From assembly GCA_963841735.1 (NCBI GenBank), contig CAWJDT010000001.1, positions 1,504,001 to 1,568,000 of the forward strand: a stretch of DNA of 64,000 nt. Direction: 5' to 3'. A program made the position numbers and the translations under genes. The first letter of the stretch is position 1; each line of letters opens with the position of its first letter. The DNA is from an uncultured Actinomycetes bacterium (GTDB lineage: Bacteria; Actinomycetota; Thermoleophilia; RBG-16-64-13). The notes beneath the pieces are model-generated. The model made no database searches. It worked only from the letters and a program-made list of their open reading frames with translations, and was not told where the DNA came from. Positions 9,642 to 21,645 of the stretch are shown in pieces.

Positions 9642-11594
9642 TCACCCGCCCAGCTCCTCCAGTAGCTCCCACCGCGCGTACGTCTCGGCGAGCTCCAACT
9701 CCAGCGCCGCCAACCTGGCATTGGTAGCAGCCACCTGGGCGGAGTCGCTCGCGGCGTAGAACTCCGACGAGCCAAGCGTGGCGATGATCCCGGATCGCTC
9801 CTCTTCCAAGGCCTCGATCTTCTGGGGCAGCGCCTCCAGCTCTTTGGTCTCTTTGAAGGAGAGCCTGCGTTTGGTCAGCGGGCGCCGCTCCGGCGCCTGC
9901 GCTCCAAGCGGCCGTGCCTCCGGCTCCGGCGCCTCGGCGGGCTGCGCCGCGCCCTTCGCCGCGCTCTGCGCGCGCGCCCCGGCCACCGGCGCCTTACGCG
10001 CCTTGCGCTGGCGCAGCCAGTCATCATATCCGCCAACGTATTCCCTCAGTCGCCCGTCGTCCTCGAAGACCAGGGTGGAGGTGACCACGTTGTTGAGAAA
10101 GGCCCTGTCGTGGCTGACCAACAGGATGGTGCCGCTGTAGGTCAGCAGCCGCTCCTCCAGAAGGCCGAGGGTCTCGGTGTCGAGGTCGTTGGTGGGTTCG
10201 TCGAGCACCAGAACGTTCGACGGCACGCTGAAGAGCTTGGCCAGCAGCAGGCGGTTGCGCTCGCCGCCGGAGAGCAGCCGGACGGGCGCCTGGATCTGCT
10301 CCGGGGAGAAGAGGAAATCCTGCAGGTACCCCACCACGTGCCGCGACTTCCCTTCCACCGAGACGGTGTCGCCGCCGTCGGCGATGCTTTCCCTCAGCGT
10401 GCGGTCGTCGTCGAGTTGCGCCCGCAGTTGGTCGAAGTAGGCGATCTTGAGCCCGGCTCCCAGGCGGACCCGGCCTTTCTGGGGTTGCAGCTCTCCCAAC
10501 AGGATCTTGAGCAGAGTGGTCTTACCCGACCCGTTGGGGCCTAGGACGCCCACCCTGTCCCCGCGGATGATGGCGGTGGAGAAGTTGTCGACTATCTTCT
10601 TGCCGTCAAAGGCAAACGATATCTTCTCGGCCTCGGCTACTAACCGACCGCTGCGATTTGCCTCCACGATGGCGATCTGGGCGTTACCCATCCGTTCCCG
10701 GCGTTGGTCGCGTTCCAGTCGGAGCTGCTCCAGCGCCCGCACCCTGCCTTCGTTGCGCGTGCGGCGGGCCTTGATGCCCTGCCTGATCCAGACCTCTTCC
10801 TTGGCCAGCTTCTTGTCGAAGTCCTGCCAGGCCTTCTCTTCGGCATCCAGCATGCCCTGCCGGCGCTCCAGGTAGGTGGCGTAGTCGCAGTCGAAGGCCA
10901 GCAGGCGGCCCCGGTCGATCTCGACGATCCTGGTGGCGATGCGCTGCAGGAAGGCGCGGTCGTGGGTGACAAAGACGAGAGTCTTGTTGAATCTAAGAAG
11001 GAATTCCTCCAGCCAGAGGATGGCAGAGATGTCCAGGTGGTTGGTGGGCTCGTCCAGCAGAAGCACGTCGGGCTCGTGGGCGAGGGCCCTGGCCAGCAAG
11101 ACCCGGCGCTTCAGGCCCGCGGAGAGTGTCCCGAACTCCGCGTTCTCGTCCAGGCTGGTGAGCGAGATCACCTGTTCTACCCGCTGGTGAAAATCCCAGG
11201 CGCCCGACGTCTCCAGCCGGTGCTGCACGTGCTCGAGCTTCTTGAGAAGACTCGCGTCGCCCCCGTGGGACAGTTGCATGGTCAGCTCGTGATATTGGTG
11301 CAGCACGTCGAGATGTCCCTGGCCGCCGGAGGCGACGATGTCATAGGCCGTCCCTGGCAGAGCCTCAGGGACCTCCTGGGGGAGGAGCGAGACACGCACC
11401 TCGGCGCCTTGGACGATCTCTCCCGAATCCGGGGGGATATCGCCATGGAGCATGTTCAGAAGCGTCGACTTGCCGGCCCCGTTGCGGCCCAGCAGGCCGA
11501 TGCGTTCGCCCGCCTCGATGGCGAGCGACGCCCCGTCGAGCAAAAGCGGCCCGCCGAGATTGACCGAGACGTTGTTGATCCATATCTGTGCCAT
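9642..11594 (-). CDS. uup: ABC-F family ATPase, Uup-like
   Basis: Two ABC domains (GRNGAGKST, GPNGSGKTT), EEVWIRQGIKARRTRNEGRVRAL linker typical of Uup, C-terminal coiled coil. Confidence 0.9.
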   Translation of the reverse strand: MAQIWINNVSVNLGGPLLLDGASLAIEAGERIGLLGRNGAGKSTLLNMLHGDIPPDSGEIVQGAEVRVSLLPQEVPEALPGTAYDIVASGGQGHLDVLHQYHELTMQLSHGGDASLLKKLEHVQHRLETSGAWDFHQRVEQVISLTSLDENAEFGTLSAGLKRRVLLARALAHEPDVLLLDEPTNHLDISAILWLEEFLLRFNKTLVFVTHDRAFLQRIATRIVEIDRGRLLAFDCDYATYLERRQGMLDAEEKAWQDFDKKLAKEEVWIRQGIKARRTRNEGRVRALEQLRLERDQRRERMGNAQIAIVEANRSGRLVAEAEKISFAFDGKKIVDNFSTAIIRGDRVGVLGPNGSGKTTLLKILLGELQPQKGRVRLGAGLKIAYFDQLRAQLDDDRTLRESIADGGDTVSVEGKSRHVVGYLQDFLFSPEQIQAPVRLLSGGERNRLLLAKLFSVPSNVLVLDEPTNDLDTETLGLLEERLLTYSGTILLVSHDRAFLNNVVTSTLVFEDDGRLREYVGGYDDWLRQRKARKAPVAGARAQSAAKGAAQPAEAPEPEARPLGAQAPERRPLTKRRLSFKETKELEALPQKIEALEEERSGIIATLGSSEFYAASDSAQVAATNARLAALELELAETYARWELLEELGG

Positions 11595-11648
11595 CAGGAG
11601 AGGGAGTATAGGGCCAAGGACAAATGGTGGTGCTGTCGGGGCGGGCCG

Positions 11649-13148
11649 CTAGCCCCTCCGGTGGCGCCAATAGGCCAGTGCGCCGACGACGACGCCCGCG
11701 GATAAGAGGATCTTGCCGTTGGATTCCCCGCGGGCCAGTTCGACGGCGCCCACCACGACCATGACGCCGGCGACGAGAGCCATAGTGAAGAGGCGCCTTC
11801 TCGAGGACACATCCGTCTGCTTGCGCGGCGCTCCGCGCCCTGGCTGTCCGCGCCCTACCGACTCGCCCACTGTCCGCCCGGTCGCTTCGGACTCGGCCGC
11901 CGGTAGTGTCGGCGCTCCGCGGGTGGACCAGGCCCCGGCCAGCCGGCTCCAGGTGAGTGCGCGCGACGACAGGAGGTTCTCAGCGCGGAAGAGCCGTCCG
12001 GCCAGGAGTGCGCAGAGATATGAGGACACTCCCAAGGCAAGCAGCCCGGCCAGCGACTGCCACCAGGGGACGATGGTCGCTCCCATTCTAGCCACCATGG
12101 CTATGGGTGCCGTCAAGGGAACGAGACTGAGGGTAGTGGCAAGGACCCCGTTGGGGGCGTCCGAGAAGGTGCCGCTGAGGAGCAGGGGGACGATCAGCGG
12201 AATGATGGCGACGAACACGAACTGATTGGCGTCCCGGGCAGTGGGCGCGAGCACGCCGAGCACGGCATAGACCGACGCGTACATCAGGTAGCCAAGCAGG
12301 AAATAGCCAAGCGTCCAGGGGATCGCCTGGGCTGCGATCGCGCCGCCGACGTTGAGGTCGACACCGCCTATGCTTCCTCGCCCGAGCACCACGCCGAAGA
12401 AGACTGCCAACCAGACCACCACCTGCAGCAACCCCACCGCGGAGAGACCGGCGATCTTGCCAAGCATGAGGTCGCGCGGTTTCACGCTCACGAGGAGTAT
12501 CTCGGCCGTGCGGTTCTCCTTCTCCTTGGAGACGCTCTGGAGCATGAAGCCGCTGGTCATCGCCAGCGCCATGTAGAGGATGAACATGAGCATGTAGGGC
12601 AGAAAGTAGCTCGCCGCCGGACTGTCAGGAGCTTGGGCGCCGGTGGGGGCCAGGGCCAGCGACTCCAATCTGGGGGTGGGGTCCAGGAGCAGCCCGGCAA
12701 GCCTCTCGTCGCCGGTGAGGCCGGTGTTGATGACGTACGCCATCAGGTCGGTGCCCTCCAGGGCCCGCAAGGGCTGATATCGAGTCTCGACCACGGTCAA
12801 GCGGCCTGAGGCCACGTAGTCTTGGGGGATGAGGTAGTAGCGGTCGATCTCGGCGCGCGCCAAGGACGCCTGAGCCTGTTGCTCGTCCCCGTAGCTCCGT
12901 ACAAGGCCCCGCGGAAGGCCGGCGGGCGCCGTGCGCAGCAGGCCGCCCGAGTCGACGTACCCCATCGGCTTCATTCCCTCATCAAGGCCGGGTATCGTCG
13001 TCTGCGACCCTTCGCCGGGCGTGAGCAGCTGAGTTAGCAGCACGAGAAGCAGGATCGCGGCCGGCAGGAGGAAGGTGGTGAACCAGAACGACTTCCGCAC
13101 CAACGTAGTGTGTGCCTCGTACTTGGCTGTCAGCCACACGTCGCGCAT
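11649..13148 (-). CDS. ABC-2 type transporter permease (NatB/YhaP-like)
   Basis: EKENRTAEILLVS..GKI motif; six TM segments plus a C-terminal extension. Confidence 0.88.
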   Translation of the reverse strand: MRDVWLTAKYEAHTTLVRKSFWFTTFLLPAAILLLVLLTQLLTPGEGSQTTIPGLDEGMKPMGYVDSGGLLRTAPAGLPRGLVRSYGDEQQAQASLARAEIDRYYLIPQDYVASGRLTVVETRYQPLRALEGTDLMAYVINTGLTGDERLAGLLLDPTPRLESLALAPTGAQAPDSPAASYFLPYMLMFILYMALAMTSGFMLQSVSKEKENRTAEILLVSVKPRDLMLGKIAGLSAVGLLQVVVWLAVFFGVVLGRGSIGGVDLNVGGAIAAQAIPWTLGYFLLGYLMYASVYAVLGVLAPTARDANQFVFVAIIPLIVPLLLSGTFSDAPNGVLATTLSLVPLTAPIAMVARMGATIVPWWQSLAGLLALGVSSYLCALLAGRLFRAENLLSSRALTWSRLAGAWSTRGAPTLPAAESEATGRTVGESVGRGQPGRGAPRKQTDVSSRRRLFTMALVAGVMVVVGAVELARGESNGKILLSAGVVVGALAYWRHRRG

Positions 13149-13155
13149 GGCGCGA

Positions 13156-14335
13156 TCACCCCCGAGCCCGGACGGCGTCGAGGATGTTCCGCAGGGTCAT
13201 CCGACGTCCGTATCGCAACATGCCGCGGCGAAATACCCTAGGCGCGGCCCAGATGCCGAGGCCCGCACACCCGGCCAGGATCGCCCAGCCAGAGATGAGC
13301 TGCCAAAGGGGCACGATGGTAGCGCCCCAGCGAAGGGCCACCGTGAGTAGCGAGGTGGTGGGAAAGAGGGTGAGCACGACCATCAACGTCCCGTCGGGAT
13401 TGCTACCGAGCAGAGAGGAGAAGAACAAAGGGATAAGGAAAAGGAAGCTTATCAATCCCACGAACTGCTGGCCCTGGCGGGTGTCGGTGACCGCGACGCC
13501 AAGAGTGACCACCATCGCGGCCGCCAGTGTGAACAAGGGCACGAAGTAGGCCGCCAGCACCCCGACCAGACTCCAGGAGACTTCCAGCCCGCCTAGAGAG
13601 TCCGTGAAACTGGCGGCCACCGCGAGCCCTCCCACCACCACCAGTGCCCACAGGAGCACCTGGGTCAGCGCCACCCCCACGAGGCCCGCCGCCTTGCCTG
13701 CGATGAGCTGCCCGGGCGAGACCGAGGTGGTCATGATCTCTATGGTCCGGTTCTCCTTTTCGTCGCTGATCGCTCGCAAGAGGTAGCCGCTCGCGCTCAT
13801 GAGGGCGAACGAGATGAAAAGGCCGAGGGCGAAGGGCAGGATGATCGTGACCATGCCGCGACTGTCCATCTGCCGGCTGGCGTCGGCGGAGCGGACCACG
13901 AAGTCGCTCGGGCCGCTGAGGGTGCGCGCGGCCAAGTCGGGGGGCAGTTCGGCCACCAGGTTGGCCTTGAGAAACGAATCGAAGCGCTCCTGGAGCTGGA
14001 CTGCGGGCGGCCGTTCCCAATAGAAGAGCTGCGTCTTTCCAGAGGTCGGGTAGTCGGGGGAGATGACGTAGAAACCGCGGATCTCGCCGGTCTCCAGGGA
14101 GGCTCTTGCGGCGTCTATGGTCAGGAACGAGCGAAATCCCGGATCATCCCGTGCCGCTGCCAACAATCCGCTCTGGTCAACGTAGCCCAGGGTGGGCGCG
14201 TCTCCGCCGCGCCCGTTTGCCAGTGCGCTCACGGCTATCAAGGCGATGATCAGCAAAGGCATGCCGAAGGTGGCCAACAGGAAGCTGCGCCGGCGGACAT
14301 TCTTCAGATACTCGCTCTGGGCTATGAGGCGGAAC

Positions 14336-14343
<8 letters not shown>
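13156..14343 (-). CDS. ABC-2 type transporter permease
   Basis: DEKENRTIEIMTTS..GK motif; GTG at 14343 with GGGAG RBS overlaps the ATPase stop. Confidence 0.88.
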
Positions 14344-15286
<943 letters not shown>

Positions 15287-15533
15287 GGCCGTGGCTCCTC
15301 CTGGATGCGGACTGCTGGGACCGTCACATTATAATCGGTGGTCAGCGTCGGAGCGCCGCGGCTCCGGCATGGCGGCCATGCAGCAATTGATACAGCACCA
15401 GAGACAGCGCCGCGACGCCGGCCATGACCCCGTCCGGTAGCCTATCCAAGGGATCACGCTTACGCTCACCTTATCCCTAGTAACTAGGATGGAGGGCGAG
15501 CAAACAGGGATTGGCATTGAGCATGGAGGTGTC

Positions 15534-16778
15534 ATGGCAAAGACCAAACGCTTCAGGACGAGGCGTAGCCGGGTGACTTTGGCAGTCGTCGCGATCGCGG
15601 TACTCGCGCTGGTTGCGTGGTTGGTCTATCGGGGGATGGCCGGTGACGCCGTAGCCACGGTGACCTATACCACCGGGACCGTGCAGAAGACCACGCTCGT
15701 GTCTTCGATAGACGGCACCGGCAACATCGAACTGCCGGACACGGCCTCCGTGGCACCCACCGTATCCGGCGAGGTCTCCGATCTCCAGGTGAAAATGGGG
15801 GACACGGTGGAGAAGGAGCAAGTCCTCTTCACTCTGATCAACCCGCAACTGGACGTGGCGGTGGCCGAAGCGCAGAACGCCTACGACAAGGCGGTGCTTG
15901 CCGTCGACTCGGCCCGATTTGACCTCACCTCGGCGCAGACCAGCCTGGCCAGTTCTTACAACTCCGGCTCCACCGCGCTCACGATAAGGCAGTCGAAGGC
16001 CAGTGTCACCAGCGCCGAACTCGCGATCACAGCGGCGCAGACCGCGGTGACTTCGGCTCAAATAGCGCTTGACCAGGCCAAGGACGACGCAGCCGCACGC
16101 ACCGTGACCGCTCCCCTGGCGGGGGTGATCACGGCCCTTTCGGTCGAGGACGGCAGCACGGCCGGTGGTTCCGGCGGGAGCGCCGCCGTGACTATCACCG
16201 ACCCAGACGTCTACCAGGCCACCATCACTCTCGCCGAGTCGGACATCAGCACGGTGGAGGTAGGCCAGAGGGCCATGCTCACGTTCGACGCGCTCCCCGA
16301 CCTCAACTTGATCGGCCAGGTGACAAGGGTAGACACCACCGGGGCCAACGAATCGGGAGTGGTCTCGTACGGCGTGGTCATCACCCCCGAGGTGATGGAT
16401 GCGTCCATCAAGGGCGGTATGACGGTGTCGGTGAGCATCATCACTGCCACGGCGCAGGATGTGCTCGCGGTGCCCAGCGCGGCGGTCAAATCGTCGGCGG
16501 CCGGCAAGTATGTGCAGATCCTGGAGAACGGGCAGCCGGTCAAGGTTACCGTCGAGGTGGGGATGTCCAACGACGCCTACACGGAGATTACCAGCGGATT
16601 GACCGAGGGCCAGGAGATCATAGTGGCGACCACGTCGAGCGGCAGCACCGTTACCACCGAGAGCCAGCGCCAGGGGAACATGCTGGGGCAGGGCGGTTTC
16701 ATCATCGACGGCAACGGCCCGCCGGCCGGCGGCTTCCCGTCGGGCGGCGGAAGCTTCCCCGCCCCTCAGGGACAATGA
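15534..16778 (+). CDS. Efflux periplasmic adaptor (MacA/HlyD-like)
   Basis: N-terminal TM, lipoyl half-motifs around a coiled coil, LAVPSAAV..VEVG..ITSGL.EG; GGAGGT RBS before ATG 15534. Confidence 0.88.
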   Translation: MAKTKRFRTRRSRVTLAVVAIAVLALVAWLVYRGMAGDAVATVTYTTGTVQKTTLVSSIDGTGNIELPDTASVAPTVSGEVSDLQVKMGDTVEKEQVLFTLINPQLDVAVAEAQNAYDKAVLAVDSARFDLTSAQTSLASSYNSGSTALTIRQSKASVTSAELAITAAQTAVTSAQIALDQAKDDAAARTVTAPLAGVITALSVEDGSTAGGSGGSAAVTITDPDVYQATITLAESDISTVEVGQRAMLTFDALPDLNLIGQVTRVDTTGANESGVVSYGVVITPEVMDASIKGGMTVSVSIITATAQDVLAVPSAAVKSSAAGKYVQILENGQPVKVTVEVGMSNDAYTEITSGLTEGQEIIVATTSSGSTVTTESQRQGNMLGQGGFIIDGNGPPAGGFPSGGGSFPAPQGQ

Positions 16779-17507
16779 TGGCGACGACGGCCGAGCCCGG
16801 CATGAACGGTCATATGATCGAGTGCCGCGACCTGACCAAGACCTATGTCTCGGGCACTGCTGAGACGCCGGCCCTCAGAGGCGTGAGTCTCACCATCGAC
16901 CCCGGCGAGTACCTGGCCATCATGGGTCCGTCGGGTTCCGGCAAATCGACGCTCATGCACATACTTGGCGCGCTCGACACGCCCACTAGTGGGCAGTACT
17001 TCTTCGAGGGTCAGGACGTATCGGAGTTGACCGATGACGAGTTGGCCGACATGCGGCGGACGCGCATCGGCTTTGTGTTCCAGTCGTTCAACCTGCTGCC
17101 CCGGGCCACGGTAATCCGCAACACCGTCCTGCCCTTGGTATACGCCGGTGTACCGCGCGCGGAGCGTCAGGAGCGGGCGGAAGCGGCGTTGCGCAAGGCG
17201 GGCCTGGAGGAGTCGCACTGGAACCATCTCTCCAACGAGCTGTCCGGCGGCCAGATCCAGCGGGTGGCGATCGCCCGCGCGCTTATCAACGAACCCGCGC
17301 TCATCCTTGCGGACGAGCCCACCGGCAATCTGGATACCCAGACGGGCGAGATCATCCTGGGCACGTTCGACGGAACTCAACGAGCGCGGTCATACCATCG
17401 TCCTCATCACCCACGAGCCGGCCATCGCCGAGAGGGCGAAGCGGGCCGTCAGGATCCAGGACGGACTGATAGTGAGTGATAAGCAGAACGGGGGGGTGGC
17501 GGCATGA
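16775..17507 (+). CDS. MacB/LolD-type ABC ATPase, split by one extra base near 17372
   Basis: [27 protein letters not shown] in ORF 16775; the H-loop [15 protein letters not shown] continues in another frame to the stop at 17507. Confidence 0.85.
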
Positions 17508-18736
17508 AGATGATGGACGTCCTCGAAGAGTCGGTCATCGCCATCTCCACCAACAAGATCCGCTCCGGTCTCACCGTCCTCGGCATCGTCATCGGCATCG
17601 CCTCGGTCATCGCTCTCACCGCCGTCGGCCAGGGCAGCCAGGCTTCGATAACGGATAGCATCCAAGCGGCGGGAGCCAACCTTCTGACGGTATCGCCTGG
17701 TGCGTCTACAGGTTCCGGCATGGTGCGAGGGGCGTTTGGTGACGCGAAGACCCTCAAAGTCACCGATGCCGACGCCATAGCTCAATTGCCGCTGGCCGCA
17801 GCCTCGGCCCAGCAGGTGACCGGCCGCTACCAAGTGGTGACCACCACCGGCAACAGCAACGTGCAGGTCATCGCTACGACCACCCAATATCAACAAGTGC
17901 GCAACGTGGAGATAGCGAGCGGCACCTTCTTTTCCGACCAGCAGGTGGACGATTCCTCCAAGGTGGCGGTCCTCGGGTCGCAGGTGGCCACCGATCTCTT
18001 CGGTGACCCCGCCGCCGGCGGCACCGATCCCATCGGCACGACCGTCCGTATCAAAAGCGCTAAGTTCACGGTCATCGGGGTGGCGGCCTCCAAAGGAGGT
18101 ATGGGACCCGACACCGCCGACAACGCCATCTACGTGCCGCTCACCACGGGCCAGAAACTGCTGGCAGGTCAGAGCAAGTATCTGTCGCAGGTCAGCATAG
18201 AAGCGGTCGACGCGAGAAGCATGACGCAATTGGAGACGGATATCACCAGTCTGCTGCTCCAACTGCACGGCATCGCCGACGCGGACTCGGCCGACTTCCG
18301 CGTGATCAACCAAGCCGACCTCACCGCCACTATGACCTCCACCTCCCGCACGCTCACGCTGCTCCTGGCCGCCATCGCAGGGATCTCCCTGGTGGTCGGC
18401 GGAATCGGCATTATGAACATGATGCTCAGCACCGTCACCGAGCGGACTCGGGAGATAGGTCTGCGCAAGGCCATAGGAGCCAACCGTAGGGACGTGAGCA
18501 GCCAGTTTCTGGTAGAAGCCGTGATCCTGACCTTCATCAGCGGCATCATCGGTGTGGTGCTGGGCTGGTTGGTCTCGCTGGGCATCAGGCACTGGGGCGG
18601 GCTGGACACTGTGATAACCGCGCGGTGGGTGGTCATCGCCTTCGGACTGTCGGCGCTTATTGGCATCGTCTTCGGCTTCTACCCGGCGCGCCGGGCGGCC
18701 GGGCTCAATCCCATCGAAGCACTCAGATATGAATAG
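17504..18736 (+). CDS. MacB-type ABC permease
   Basis: [51 protein letters not shown]. Confidence 0.93.
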   Translation: MKMMDVLEESVIAISTNKIRSGLTVLGIVIGIASVIALTAVGQGSQASITDSIQAAGANLLTVSPGASTGSGMVRGAFGDAKTLKVTDADAIAQLPLAAASAQQVTGRYQVVTTTGNSNVQVIATTTQYQQVRNVEIASGTFFSDQQVDDSSKVAVLGSQVATDLFGDPAAGGTDPIGTTVRIKSAKFTVIGVAASKGGMGPDTADNAIYVPLTTGQKLLAGQSKYLSQVSIEAVDARSMTQLETDITSLLLQLHGIADADSADFRVINQADLTATMTSTSRTLTLLLAAIAGISLVVGGIGIMNMMLSTVTERTREIGLRKAIGANRRDVSSQFLVEAVILTFISGIIGVVLGWLVSLGIRHWGGLDTVITARWVVIAFGLSALIGIVFGFYPARRAAGLNPIEALRYE

Positions 18737-18754
18737 CCAATGGAGGGCAAGGTA

Positions 18755-19576
18755 ATGGCGAAAGGTCAGAAGCAGACACCTACGGGACGGCGCGCGACAT
18801 CCGACTGTCTCGGGAGACGCTCGCCAAGAAGAAGGGCCAGCTGGGGGCTGCTGGGTGTCGCCCTGCTCCTCATGGCGATGATCGCCGCCTCCGTCGCGGC
18901 CTGTGGCTCCGACACGGGGGCCGCCTCGGGCACCACGACGACGAGCGCTGTGGCCGACGCCACCGGCCAGACTGGGCCCCGGGGGCAGTTCCCTGGCGGC
19001 GCTGGGGGACCGATGATGCAGGGTGGCCTCCTCGCCACCACGGACGTCACCACCAGCACCACGCTCGCCCAGACCACCACCAGCACTCCGGCGCCGACGA
19101 CCACGACCACGCTGGCGGAAGGCAGCTACTCCGACGGCATCTATCTGGTGGGTACCGACATCAGCTCGGGCCTCTACAAGGGGACTGTGGATGACGGCGC
19201 CGGCCACTGGGAGATCTCGACCGACGCCAACGGAGAAAGGTTCGTCGCGAGCGGTGACCCGGCAGGCCAGTTCTACGTGAAGGCCACCAGCGGCTACTAC
19301 CTCCGGCTGACCGGAGTCACCATAGCGAAGGCGAGCACCACAGCTGCCGACCCGCTCCCGTCGAGCAACATCGGCGACGGCACCTATCGCGTGGGCTATG
19401 ACATCGCCGCCGGTTGGTATCAGGGGGCGGTGGACGACTCCATGGGCTACTGGGAGGTGACGAGCGACGCAAACGCCCAGAGCCTGGTAGCGAACGACTA
19501 CCCGTTGGCGCCGTTCACGGTGAAGGTGAAGAGTGGGCAGTACATCACGCTGCGGGGGGTGAGCATAGGGCAGTAG
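18755..19576 (+). CDS. Lipoprotein with Thr-rich linker and two repeated DGxYxVGxDIxxGxY domains
   Basis: Lipobox VAAC, Thr-rich stalk, duplicated C-terminal domain. Confidence 0.8.
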   Translation: MAKGQKQTPTGRRATSDCLGRRSPRRRASWGLLGVALLLMAMIAASVAACGSDTGAASGTTTTSAVADATGQTGPRGQFPGGAGGPMMQGGLLATTDVTTSTTLAQTTTSTPAPTTTTTLAEGSYSDGIYLVGTDISSGLYKGTVDDGAGHWEISTDANGERFVASGDPAGQFYVKATSGYYLRLTGVTIAKASTTAADPLPSSNIGDGTYRVGYDIAAGWYQGAVDDSMGYWEVTSDANAQSLVANDYPLAPFTVKVKSGQYITLRGVSIGQ

Positions 19577-19578
19577 TC

Positions 19579-19637
19579 CAAGGTCTGGCGCTGTTGGGAC
19601 GGGGCGGAGCGGGAGCCAGGGGGTGAGTCTGAGACCG
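19579..19637 (+). repeat. Boundary repeat R, copy 1
   Basis: CAAGGTCTGGCGCTGTTGGGACGGGG...GTGAGTCTGAG, 2 nt after the lipoprotein stop. Confidence 0.8.
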
Positions 19638-19652
19638 GACTGCGTGGGACGC

Positions 19653-20570
19653 CTAGGTCCAGGGCCCTCCAGGACTCCAAGTTCCTGTGGACCCGTTCTG
19701 GGCGGCCGCGCCTTCGAGAGCCGGCCACAAGAACGTCCTGATCGCGAGCACGACCTCCCCGAGTTCACGACCGGGGAGTCCGGATCGTTTGAGGAATCCC
19801 TCCCACTGCGCTCGCTTTGTTGCATCCTCGGCAAAGGCGTCGGTCAACCCTGTGGGGACATCCCTGGGGAGAACCGTATCTCTCCGGGCGAACGTGGCTC
19901 TAAGGGCTTCGACAAGAAGCGCACCCCGGAACGTGAACGAGCGTGCCATATCGGCGAGATCGTAGTAGTCCTTCATCCGACTGTTGACCATCCCCAGCTT
20001 CACTATGGTCTGGATCTTCTCCGCGGCGGCCGTTTCTTTGGGATAGCCGAGCAGGCGGGCGGGCCTGAGTCCAAGACCGGGGAGGAGCGCCGGGTAATCG
20101 ATCAGGTTGGCCGCCGGCGTGACGGCGTCGCCCACACCGATGTCTATCTGCACTTGCAGCCGGGCTTTGGTCAGGCTTCCAGAGAGCCTTACCCTGACGC
20201 CCCCATACTCAGTGTCCTCTCGGATCTCTTCGGCCGACACCGACGCGGGTTCAAAGACGATGCCGTCCTCTTCATCATCCAGCGCACAGACTGCTCGGAA
20301 GATGTCCGAGGCCGCCCCGACATTCATCGGCCCAAAGCCCAACAGATCGATGTCCTTGGTCGGCCGGTGGGGTTCCTCGGTCCATACGTAGAACAGCGAA
20401 GCTCCCTTGAGAACGAAACGGTGTCCGTGTTCGGTCCGAGACAGTCGGGATAGTAGGCGCTCTCGGGCATAGCGCTGGAAAACCGCCTCAGGGGTTTCGC
20501 CTCGCGTCCTCGCGATCTTAGTGAGCATCTGCCTGATCGATGCCGCCCGCTCTGAGGTCGCTTCTCCCAC
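19653..20570 (-). CDS. AbiEii-family nucleotidyltransferase toxin (type IV TA)
   Basis: FVLKGA..RPTKDIDL, AEKIQT..NSRMKDYYDL; GTG 20570 with AGGAG RBS. Confidence 0.9.
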   Translation of the reverse strand: MGEATSERAASIRQMLTKIARTRGETPEAVFQRYARERLLSRLSRTEHGHRFVLKGASLFYVWTEEPHRPTKDIDLLGFGPMNVGAASDIFRAVCALDDEEDGIVFEPASVSAEEIREDTEYGGVRVRLSGSLTKARLQVQIDIGVGDAVTPAANLIDYPALLPGLGLRPARLLGYPKETAAAEKIQTIVKLGMVNSRMKDYYDLADMARSFTFRGALLVEALRATFARRDTVLPRDVPTGLTDAFAEDATKRAQWEGFLKRSGLPGRELGEVVLAIRTFLWPALEGAAAQNGSTGTWSPGGPWT

Positions 20571-20577
20571 GATGCTC

Positions 20578-21180
20578 CTACAGCAGCGATTCGAGATAGG
20601 GACGCATGACGTTCTGAACGCGGCAGACACAGGCGAAGCGCCAGAGATCGTCCATAGAGCACTTCTTCTGCCGCCAGCAGTCACGCAGGGCCTCAAGGGC
20701 GACATCGAGGCCGAGCTTGTTGCGATACTTGAAGCAGTCGGCAACAGTCTTGGCTGGTGAGTAGATGCGTACGGTCACTCCGTCGATGACGTGCTCCTCG
20801 ACGCCCTCCGCGTACGCTATCCCCGAGAAACGGACCACCTTGAGCGGTATGCGCCCTTCGCTAGCGGGCCAATCGGTGGGTTGGAGGGCGATCCATACGA
20901 GGTGGGGGACCTGGGTGGTTAGCTCGTGGTACTGCAGCGCCGAGAGCAGGCAGATCACACCTCGAGGCACCAGAGCGGCCGCCTCGGCGAGACTGGCGTG
21001 CTCCGACCGCGAAAGGTCGCTTCGGACGTAGAGGCCCCGAGCCGGTTGCTCCAGCAGGCCAGCGTCGCGTAGACGCGGAAGCTCACGTCGCGATAGGCCG
21101 ATAGCCTCCACGTCACGCGGCCTTAGGACGCCTCTTCGGGCGGCCAGTTCGAGGATACTGTCGACGACCTGTTGCTTCAC
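20578..21180 (-). CDS. AbiEi-family antitoxin / transcriptional regulator
   Basis: RGLY, ICLLSALQYHELTTQ, YSPAKTVADCFKYRNK; GTG 21180 with GAGGAG RBS. Confidence 0.9.
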   Translation of the reverse strand: MKQQVVDSILELAARRGVLRPRDVEAIGLSRRELPRLRDAGLLEQPARGLYVRSDLSRSEHASLAEAAALVPRGVICLLSALQYHELTTQVPHLVWIALQPTDWPASEGRIPLKVVRFSGIAYAEGVEEHVIDGVTVRIYSPAKTVADCFKYRNKLGLDVALEALRDCWRQKKCSMDDLWRFACVCRVQNVMRPYLESLL

Positions 21181-21220
21181 GTCGCTCCTCAGCGAAAGGT
21201 GACTCGTACCAGTTCGTTGC

Positions 21221-21249
21221 ATTCTGCCCATTTCCTATGTACTTGTCAA
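21221..21249 (-). promoter_or_regulatory. Sigma70-type promoter of the abiE operon
   Basis: TTGACA-17 nt-CAGAAT on the minus strand. Confidence 0.7.
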
Positions 21250-21324
21250 TATCTATCAATGAATGGGGCAAGTACGCTCTCACCGTGGTGAGTCGGGGCT
21301 TACGTTCACGCCACTGACTTGTCA

Positions 21325-21486
21325 AAGACCCCGCAGTTCGCTTCGACCGCACGACGAAGCCTACGCCGCCAGGCTCGGTAGTGATGTGCGACTTTGGGTG
21401 GAGGTTGGCGCGCTGGGGTCAGTCCGAGCAACCGAGCGCAAGCTGGTCCGGAGTCCAGAGGGTCAAGCGGAGGGTTGGGGCCTCAA
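21325..21486. repeat. Foldback element family F2, copy 1
   Basis: Ends GACCCC..TTCGCTTCGACC / GGTCAAGCGGA..GGGGCC are imperfectly complementary; similar to 24615-24760. Confidence 0.45.
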
Positions 21487-21645
21487 AATCTTCCCTTGAA
21501 AGCAAAAGGCCCCGGCGCATTCGCCGAGACCCATCGCCGACCGAGAATCCCCAGTCCGTAGCCGGAGCATAGGTCGTGCCGTTGCGAGAGTCAACGCCTG
21601 GTTCGTGAGACTTTGGGTGCGTGTCGGCGCGCGCCCCGGTGCGCC

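Noticed and set aside
17390-19834. 814-aa minus-strand ORF
   Set aside because: Antisense shadow of the permease and lipoprotein genes, common in GC-rich DNA.
21419-21645. Gly/Arg-rich C-terminal extension of DUF362
   Set aside because: Result of the frameshift near 21735; the natural stop is at 21646.
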